Assembly (NCBI GenBank): GCA_951406725.2
Contig: OX597814.1
Span: 144,088,001-144,152,000 of the forward strand
Direction: 5' to 3'
Origin: Octopus vulgaris
Taxonomy: Eukaryota
DNA: 64,000 bases
The notes under the pieces were generated by a model. That model was not told the DNA's origin. It did no database searches and was given only the letters and a program-made list of their open reading frames with translations. The position numbers were made by a program, and so were the translations under genes. Of this stretch, positions 53,898-64,000 are shown one piece after another (the first letter of the stretch is position 1; every line of letters begins with the position of its first letter).

Positions 53898-54067
53898 ATT
53901 TATGTGTGTATGTGTGTATGTATGTATCCATATATATACATATGTAAATATATATATATACATAAACGTACATATATAAATATGTATATACATACATATA
54001 CATATATACATATATATATATACATCTGTATATATACATATATATACATATATATTTATATATATAC

Positions 54068-54098
<31 letters not shown>

Positions 54099-54939
54099 AA
54101 TATACATATATATACATATGCATATATGTATATATATACATATATATAGTGATAATTTACAAAAAAACAAAAGATGATGACGGGTGTGTAAACAGCAAAT
54201 ATATGTATTAGTTTAACGTTCGGGAAGGGAGAAAATCATTTACGTTTCCAGCCTCTGCTCTTCCACAAAAAGTAACACAGAAAGTTACAGGGAGAGAAAA
54301 TAAGAAAGGTTTAGTGTCTAGCGATCTGTCATGTATTTGCTTGTAAAGTTACATAAGTGGCTCAAAAGTCCAGAAACCGAGAGTCTGAAGCATTGCTCTA
54401 TTCTAGCTATCTGATGAGTGCAATAGGCGAAACTTTCTGGACTCGAACCACTCTTATAACTTCACAAGTGACTTAAAAGAATAATAGACACACGCTCACA
54501 CACGCACACACATACACACACACACCACACAGATTTACGCACATTCGCGTATCACGGTTCCTGTACACCAAATTCAATTTACAAAATACAGGGCAGCCCA
54601 AGACGCAAAAACGATTCTCTAAAATCAGCCATAACTGAACTTATATAACATCAAATCACATGAATCTTTATTGATAATATATTTCATATTGTCTGACAAA
54701 GACAATTAATTAATCTAATCATGTTTATTGAAGGCATGATGGTTAGGATTGCACAACAGGTTAATTTCAATATTGATATTATTATAACCAATATAAACAT
54801 TGGTCTCATTTCAACTGTGAGTTTTTCATGCGGCGGCTTTCCTTCCACCATACTAGTCTGACAGTTGGATATGCAGATAGAATGAGTGACAGAGGTGGAT
54901 GAACAGATAGACAGGCAGATAGCTAGCAAGATAGTTAGA

Positions 54940-55200
<261 letters not shown>

Positions 55201-55734
55201 GAAATTTTATTAATGCTAATAATATTGATGTTTTCTTACATTAACAGGAGGCCAGAAACTTTTGTGGGGTGATGTAGTTCGAATATATCGGTCCCTGTAC
55301 TTACGATGTATTTTATTTTACCGAGCTCAAGAGGATGAAAGCAAAGTAGACCTCGTTGATATTTGAATAGTGAAAGGTTAAACAGCCGAAACAAATATTG
55401 AAAAATCTAACCCTATGCCAATCCACTGCCTAAATAATGGTTCCGGATTTAGGCACAAAGCCAGCGATACTGAGAATAGGGTTTAGCTGATACTAGAAAA
55501 TATAAGTGAAATATGATGAAAATGAAACAACTGAGACAACAATAAGGTGATACAAAAAATAATAATGAGTGAATTAATTAATCAATTAATTGATTAAAAA
55601 GGCATAAAAAAGTAAAAGGGTTACATAAGACAGATTATAGAGCTAGAAATTAATAGAGTCAAGCCAAATCTACAAGGTAATATTGTCGTCCTCAGGATCA
55701 GCAAATCTTTCGAGACTGGTTGGCGAATCTCGAA

Positions 55735-56660
55735 AATAACCGTTTATAGGTTCTACCAGTCTCTCGTCTCTTGGGCAGGAAACATTCTACCAGACCACAC
55801 TGCATGTGTTAACGACGCTCTTTCTGTCCATCATTCTATCAATTATAGCTTATTCCTGAGTTTGGTTTTATTCTCCATTCTCTCCCATGTATATATCAGT
55901 GACGTAATTAACTCTACCTCAAACAACGCTCACATTTACACAGATAACACTATCCCTTATGTCTCCCTAACCTTTCTCGTCATCCACTCTCAACCTAGAC
56001 GCCACACGCTAAATTCACACTAATTCCATGAACAGAAACCACGAAAGTATCCTCTAATAGAGATTTATTATTCTTGTCTCTTTCAACAGAAAAACAACAC
56101 ATACCCTATTCATATCAAGAAAACATAATTGCACCACATCATGTTGGTCATGAGCAGCACCCGACTGGAGCCCTGCAAATTGCTCCAATTGGTGAGACTC
56201 ACAGTCACCGAAGTTCTTTTCTGGAGAAAGCACATCTTTAACATAGCCAGGACCGCATCTCGACAGCTAACTCTTTCTCTTCCAATCAAGTGGTACTAAT
56301 CATACGCAGATACGTTCTTGAATGTATCTGCAAATGACTTTGTGCCAATTAATACGAAGGCCGTTTGCTGGCTGTAGTCTAGGGTGTCTGTATACACCTC
56401 AGCAGCATCGTTCCAAATGTGAGGGTAATACTCCACTTTACTGCGGGTCGCATATGATATTTGTAGAATGTCAATAATTGTTGAAGAGCGATATACCATC
56501 GGACCCTAAAGAGAAGAGTTTTTGGTTGGGATATAGCTCTAGCAATTTTGAGGGTTCTAGTTGTGTGTTGATCATGATTAACGGGATATGGTGTAATGAT
56601 ATTTTCTCGATATGGGTAGAATATGTGATATCTTGTTGGTATCAGTTTCACTGGTCACCA
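55735..56660. mobile_element. Two old APE-type LINE RT fragments in tail-to-tail orientation
   Basis: Plus VYISDVINSTSNNAHIYTDNT (decayed YADD region) and WRKHIFNIARTAS; minus LLFRVRWY..QQLLTFYK..RP and EYYPHIW. Confidence 0.6.
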
Positions 56661-57211
56661 CTTGTATCAATCACACCTAAATAAGTAAAAAAGACTCACT
56701 ACTAGGAAGGAAGGAAGGGAGGAAGGAAGGAAGGAAGGAAGGAAGTAAGGAAGGAAGGAAGAAGGGAGGGAGGCAGGCAGGGAAGGAAGAAATGATGAAT
56801 GGAAGGATGCATAGAAAATATGTTGACTTAAGAGTATAAATCAGAAAAAGAATATGGGGAAGAGAGAAATAGCAGTAAAGCTTCCACGCTGAAGATGTGA
56901 AAAAAAAAAAAAAAAGAAAAATCGCTGTAGGTTTATATAACTTGAGAAACAAATAAAGGCTTTATGAGTGACCCCAAACGAAATAAAACACATGCACAAA
57001 TGCAAACAGCAAATAACAATAGAAATGCGTGAAGGTATTTAACGATTTAACTTCCAGTCTTTAATAACAAGTTCCTACTGAAGTTAAATAACACACACAC
57101 ATACGCGCGCACACACACACGCGCGCGCGCACATATATACATATACATATATATGCATGTATATAAACATATACATATATATGTATATATATATTTATAC
57201 ATATACATATG

Positions 57212-57243
<32 letters not shown>

Positions 57244-57251
57244 CGTGTGCG

Positions 57252-57288
<37 letters not shown>

Positions 57289-57414
57289 GTATATATATAT
57301 ATTATTTCTTATGAATAATAATGTTCTTTATAAATTTATATATATGCACACACATATACAATTATATATATATATATATGTATATGTATGTATATATATA
57401 TATGTATATATATG

Positions 57415-57513
<99 letters not shown>

Positions 57514-57890
57514 CATTGTATATGTATGTTTGTGCGAGTGTTTATATATGTGCGTACGCGTGTGTGCATACTGCTGCTATATGTATATATAAAAAGTGGT
57601 CATAAATTTGCGTGTCGCCATCGCCGTGTACGTGGCGCATTAAATTAATAGTTAGATATAAAAACAGTTAATTCAAATACTATGAAGTCAATGCTGACAT
57701 GAGAATAAAAAGAGGGATGGTATAGTAGGTTAAGGCAAAAGGAATAAAGACATTGTAGGCGAGGAAAGTAAAAAGAGAGTGAACGAGGGAGAGGGAAATG
57801 GGGAGTGAGAGAAAGAGGATGGGGAGGTAAGTTGTAAGGACAGAAATAAAAGAGAATACATTTGATAGAGAAAACATTGAGAAAGTCTCA

Positions 57891-58242
57891 GGCGTGACTG
57901 TGTGGTTAGAAGTTTGCTTTTCAACCTCATGGTTCCGGGTGCAAGCCCGGTGTCTTCTACTATAGCCCCGGGCCGAAAAAAGCCTTGTGAGTAGATATGG
58001 TTGACGTAAGCTGTAAAGAAGCCCGTCGTATATGTGCATGTGTGTCTGTGTTTGTCCGCCACTACCATTTGACAACCGGTGTTGGTGTGTTTATGTTCCT
58101 GTAGTTTAGCAGTTCACCTTAAGAGACTGATAGAATAAGTACCAAATTTTAAATAAGTACCGGGGTCGATTCATTTCATTAAAAATTCTTCAAGGCGGTG
58201 CCCCAGCATGGCTGCAGTCTAATGACTAGAACAAAAGACAAA
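57891..58242 (+). mobile_element. SINE family B
   Basis: Head, gaagcccgtcgtat and ccagcatggctgcagtctaatgac tail. Confidence 0.85.
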
Positions 58243-59799
58243 GAAAGGACTCTTCCTTTCTCTTTATTTCCTCTCCCTCTCTTTCCCTCTCACTCCGCCC
58301 ATTTTCTCACCCAGTTTATTACTTTTTGCTTTCTTTATCTGCTTTTTCCCCAGTCTATGTATAACTTCAACAAAGAGGAAAAGTGAATACGAATAGAATC
58401 TACTAATGCGAGAGAGAGATAGAGATAGAGAAAGAAGGCGAGAGAGAGTCTGTGTCTGTGTATTTAGGAGCAGGAAGTAAGATAGTCAGGAACAGAGGGG
58501 AGAATAAAAAGGTGTAAAGAGAGACGTTGGATAAGTGCTCAGAGGAAAGAAGGAAATAAAGAGAGTGTCGGAGAGAGACGGAGAGAGTGTTTGGCGTGAT
58601 TGTCTGTGGTAAAGGTTGTAAGTTTTATGCAAATTATATTCAAAGCATGACATTTGTCTGGGAAGAAGGTTATATACACACATATATATATATATATACG
58701 CAATTTATACATAGGTAAAAGAAATATAAGGAGTGCATTGCGTTATACAAATATTTCAAGGATTTTTATAAAAACATAGCAAGACGTAAAATTTTACAAA
58801 AACATAACAAACAGAAAATTTGACAGAACTAAACACACGGAAAATTCGTAGCTAATTCTTCATCGGCCAACGTCCAAGAGATCATAATAGTTTCGCACCG
58901 TTATCGTTGAGACTGCTCCTTCACTGGAGGCGCCAGAGCAGAAAAGCCACTGGAAATAGCTAACGAATGTACAGGACAATGATGATACAAACAAGACAAA
59001 CTAAAATAATTACAATAATTTTACATATACAACAACAACAAAAAATAGCCGCACGGCTATCAGATACACGATTATGGGTGAGGTAAAAGAAAATGAAAAT
59101 GCTTTAAAGGACTGGAGATACAAGGAGAAAAAGGACCACAATAATAAACGACGGCAATGATGACGATTATGTTTATTAAGGAGATAATAATGATAAATGT
59201 GGCAAGCACAACGACAGTAGCATCAACTCGAGGCGGTAACTCGACAGATATAGCTGCTAAATCTCCCTCAAAATACACCCAAAAGAAATTGTATAATATG
59301 TATATGTGCGTGTGTATGCTTATATATATATCGATATGCATTCATGTATGTGTGTGTGTGTATGAGAGAGAGAGAGAAAGAGAAAGAGAGAAAGAGAAAG
59401 AGAGAAAGAGAAAGAGAGAGAGAGTCAATAACTATTGAAGAGGTTGCAAGACTCAACGAAAATTTAAGAAAAAAAAAATAAATGAATGGAAATCGAACTG
59501 GTGAGTGTGTTAAGTAATAAAGCACTAAAAGAGAGTGACTCTCCACAGACACTATAATGTGTGTGTGTGTGTATGTGTGTATATATATATATATATAATC
59601 CTCAAATATATTGGATTGTCACAACTGGAATGGTTTTCATCATAGGTCTGCTCAATCAAAGTGAACTTGCAAGGCAGAAACAACAACATTAACATTTACT
59701 GAGACAATACAGTAGCCAATAGAGTGAAGCCCGACATCAAAGTACTCCAAAAAATCATTATTTAAGCCTAAAACTAGCAACTATTATCATTGTTTCTGT

Positions 59800-60185
59800 G
59801 AGAAGAACAAGCCATGAAATTGGTTATTGGGAGCAGTTGATTGCATCGACCCAGTTCTCAATTGATATTTATTTTATCGGCCCCGAAATGATGAAAAACA
59901 CTATCAACCTCGATGGCATTTGAACTCGCAATAATTTTGTCCGGTTCAGCAGCGATTCTGTCAACCCGCTCCCTTGATAGTGGCTTCAAATTCTGGCACA
60001 ATGTCAGCTATTACGGGGTAGGGATGAGTAGATTAAATCGATCGCAGTGTCCAATTGGTACTTACTTTATTGACCCCAAAAGGATGAAAGAGAAAGACGG
60101 CCACGACGGAATTTGGTCTCAGAACTTTAAAACGGAGGCTAAGCATTTTGCCCACTGTGCTAACGATTCTGCCAGCCCGCCGCCT
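59800..60185 (-). mobile_element. Two tandem degenerate SINE family A copies
   Basis: ccccgaaatgatgaaa and ccccaaaaggatgaaag cores; gctaacgattctgccagcccgccgcc head. Confidence 0.75.
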
Positions 60186-61219
60186 GCACGTCTCCTTAAT
60201 ATTGGCTATTATAATGATTAATATTTTAAAAGTATATAAATATATTTTCGAGCGAAGTGTATTCGCGCGCGCCTGCGTGTGTGCGAGTATGTGCCTGAAA
60301 GAGGAAAAGAGGGAGAGAGAGAGAGAGAGGAGGTAGGGTGTGTGTGTGCGCGTGCAGCTAGTCCCTGCACAAGTTCCGTCAAACTTTGACTCTGAACGTA
60401 CTAGCCGATACACGCAGTGGGATCGAATCCGGAAGCACGAGGTTTTCTTGCGGGAAAAATCTTGTCCACCACACAGCAATATCTGTGTCTATTTAATATT
60501 TTTTCTCTGGATTAAAGCTAAACTAAGTCCAAACAGCAAGAACACTACCACAAACTTCATCGCTCTCATTGCCACAATCGTTATCGACGCCTTCATAGAT
60601 ATTCAAGATATTAAAAATATTCAAGGCATATTTTGTGGTTTTCAAATTCTTGCTTACACCCTTTTAATCTTTTTATGGCGAAAAGGTCATCACATAAAAT
60701 CCCGGTCACTTGAATCTCTTATAAAGCAGCATTCCTCCCACCCCACTTTCATTTCCTTTATCCCGCTCTTTCTTTGTTTGTTTGTTTGTTTCTTTCTCTC
60801 TCGTTATTTAAAGAAATTAACTTACAAAGAGTTGACATCATGCTCAGTGGCAAATAAAGTAAGCTATTTATTAGCCAGTTATTTAATAACTGAAGGCGGT
60901 TCGGATTACAGAAGACAATAGAACACCGCATTAAATACTTTATACTATTTACGAGAAATGACAGAATCTGTACCCTGACGAGCGAACTGCTTGGTGATAG
61001 TTAGTTACCAACATTAGAGTTGTGGTTTCAAAATCGACAAGGTCTACTTTGCTTTTCACTTTTCCAGAGTGGTTAAAATAAGTTGTTCTGGTCAATTTAA
61101 TTTGTTTTCCTTTTGTGCACCTACTGAAAACCATTATTAGTTTCATGGAACAGAAATGCTAAAGCGCCAGGAAAACAAAATAGCTTTTGTTCAAATCCAA
61201 AGTAACTTGCTAGGGACAA

Positions 61220-61567
61220 CTTAAGTCCTTCGATCTCTATGAAGTATAGGCTATGGACGACTTTTCTTTACTGTTCTCGACTCTGGATTGTATTAGGGCT
61301 ACTTCTTCAGTCCTATGTTTCCCTGTAGGAAGGCATTCCTCTCCTAGGTCTTGGTTTTGAATTATCATCGATACTCCTGTATCTTATTTCAGATAGAGAT
61401 GTTAGTCATTCGCAAGCACATTTTTATCTCTGGAAAGAAGTAATCTATAGTAGTCAAATTTCTATCTTTTGACCTGACCGGCATGAAAGGTCCTACCAGC
61501 AGCTTGCTCTTCGCTGGCATATTTACCAGGATCATTGAAGTATACAAGCCATCGCACTGCAACAAGG
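61220..61567 (-). mobile_element. Bipartite non-autonomous RTE derivative (5' UTR-like part plus 3' end)
   Basis: Minus ccttgttgcagtgcgatggcttg..aatgatcc..ctggtaggacc..catgccggtcaggtc resembles the recalled RTE 5' UTR; ends gcctatac..gaaggacttaag. Confidence 0.5.
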
Positions 61568-62033
61568 ACTAAACATTCCGGAGGCCAAAGTAACTTGTTC
61601 AGTCATAAAGACGACATAATTTCTCATCAGTAGAAAGCAGGTTCCATTGGAGAGAAGTTTGGGACAACTCTTCTACCCGAGCTGTATTGTGTTCACATGG
61701 AGAGGGTACAGTTATTACATGGGCAGCTATCCCCAAAAGGAAGCCATTGATCATAATAATTTTGAAATAAATGTTTCCATTTGGTGGAAGTAAGTACTCG
61801 GTTTTAAAATAAATAGTGAGGTCCTAACACTAAAACAAGTAGAATAATTACAGATAAAGTTATAGCTATATGTTTGAGTGTCTATGTGTGTGTACAATCC
61901 CGCAGCTAAGGAGCGCATAAATAAAACACAGTAAGAATGTGGTATCGATAATGTTTATATATATACATGTATATATATATATGTAGATGTGTATGTATGT
62001 ATATATGTGTACGTATGTGTATACATACATATA

Positions 62034-62085
<52 letters not shown>

Positions 62086-62171
62086 AACATATATATATGC
62101 ATATATAAAAAGAGTGGCAGATAGAAGCTACTACTTCCGCGTGCATGTTGAGAACATAGATGCTTTAATGA

Positions 62172-62219
<48 letters not shown>

Positions 62220-62227
62220 TATTATAT

Positions 62228-62296
<69 letters not shown>

Positions 62297-63014
62297 ATTA
62301 AAACAATAACTCCATTAATTCCTAGCAATATCTGAAGAAACAATTTTTATATTCCGAAATATATTAATATTTTAAATAATTAAATAATTTATAACAGTTA
62401 TTATAGTCCACTCTGCATCATTGTGCATTGTGCCATTCCCGACACGTTACATTTCATAAGTATATATATATATATATATATATAGGTAATAATTTTATAT
62501 ACATTGTAGTATGCTATTTAAAACCTGTTCACAGTATCCGGTTACTTGATTTCATCTATGATGCACCACAAGGTTATGGTACACGATCTCATCTGGAAGG
62601 TACAAGCGTATGATGGATCGAGGCGATCGTCCGGACTAAAGAGACTTTGAATTTCTATTTTCTTTCTCTCATGTCATTAAGTATGTATATATGTATGTAT
62701 GTGGTTTTTTTTGTGTACGTGCGTGCGTGTGACTGCATTCATAGGGGTGTGCGCAAGCGTGCATATATGTTTGTATATGGAAGTGTAATTAGTTATTTTT
62801 CCAAAAGATTTTATCGATTCCACCCTGCTTAATTTTGTCATATAAGTTCAATTTTCCTATGGATCTAATAATATATAATAATACGAAGGTAAAACAATTA
62901 GCAAGCACGTCAGATAATCTACGTTAAGACGTGGTTCAGTTTGCTTTTCCTGGACTAATTACGTAGATAAACAGATAGGTAGATTAATATGTAAACAGAT
63001 AAGTGGGTTGGCAC

Positions 63015-63017
63015 ATG

Positions 63018-63100
<83 letters not shown>

Positions 63101-63301
63101 GGAAAGAGATAGATAGATAGATAGATGGAGGGAGGGATGGATGAATGGGAAGAGATAAATAGATGGATGGATGGATGGATGGATGGAAAGAGATAGATGA
63201 ATGGATGGAAAGAGATAGACAGATGGATGGATGGAAAAACATAGATGGATGGATGCAGGGTGGGATGGAAACAAATAGATAGATAGATAGATAGATAGAT
63301 C

Positions 63302-63337
<36 letters not shown>

Positions 63338-63450
63338 TATAGATAGATAGATAGATAGATGGATGGATGGATGGATGGAAATAGATGGAGGAAAATAAAT
63401 GGATGGATGGATAGATAGATAAATAGAGAGAGAGAGAGTGAGAGAGAGCA
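63015..63450. repeat. (GATA)n/(GATG)n compound repeat
   Basis: Direct inspection. Confidence 0.95.
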
Positions 63451-63958
63451 TTTGTTTATACACACGCACACGCATATATATAAGAAAGAAAGGAAGGAAT
63501 ACAAGCAGGCATGGACAGATAGATAGAGAGAGAGAGAGAGGGAGAGAGAAAGTGATAGATAAGAAGGTGATGACTGCGTAGAGGAGTAGCATGAAGTGAA
63601 GATGACCAGGTGGTGGGTGGTAAGAGTTCATGTTATTAGTGACGTTGGTTCGCGCGCGTGTGTATGTGTGTCTATGTGTGTGTGTGTTTAAACGCTAAAC
63701 TCTAATATAAACTAACAATCAACGACTGATATATTTACCTACCATTTATTCTTCACGCCGTGTCTGGCCTCCGTCTATCTCCACCCCTACCTACCTACCT
63801 ACTGTTGTTGCTATTGTGTGGTGCCGGTGGTCGCGGGCCAGTAATATCTGTTAATAATTGACTGTATGTCTCTTCATGGAACACCAACACACCAACACAC
63901 CAACACACCAACACTACCACTACGACTGCCTCGGCCGTCATCGTCGTCACCAATCACC

Positions 63959-64000
<42 letters not shown>

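Larger units (their letters stand above)
50540..54150. repeat. Large field of compound TA/TG/CA microsatellites with interspersed SINEs
   Basis: Direct inspection; source of many spurious YI/VC-repeat ORFs. Confidence 0.9.

Noticed and set aside
60340-60921. 193-aa plus-strand ORF
   Set aside because: GTG start within a TG repeat, no recognisable domain, and it runs into low-complexity T-rich sequence.
63720-63960. GC-richer segment with a possible minus-strand donor (aaatg|gtaggt)
   Set aside because: No coding frame or acceptor can be supported; cannot be linked to the gene without transcript data.

Overview
AT-rich, microsatellite-dense eukaryotic DNA. The SINE and microsatellite make-up looks like an octopod cephalopod (Octopus-like) genome; this is inferred from pattern recognition, not a database search. 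Only one host coding segment is supportable: a large minus-strand terminal exon (21615-20139) of a C2H2 zinc-finger transcription factor, with a splice acceptor at 21616-21617 and a candidate poly(A) signal at 19658-19667. Its upstream exon(s) could not be identified. The rest is transposon-derived or simple repeat: several tRNA-derived SINE families in many copies, RLE-type, RTE and other LINE fragments, Penelope-like remnants, Tc1/mariner and pogo-type derivatives, fold-back MITEs and a Helitron-like element. Almost all ORF-track entries are microsatellite translations. The best leads are: (1) an intact type I hammerhead ribozyme with a palindromic helix III framed by 43-bp inverted repeats (46014-46101, minus), with several decayed hammerhead-like relatives; (2) a WDR5-binding-like motif (EDEEVDV) at the zinc-finger C-terminus plus an atypical CC finger; (3) a SINE with a variable number of ~185-bp internal modules; (4) a palindromic mariner derivative built from two right ends.
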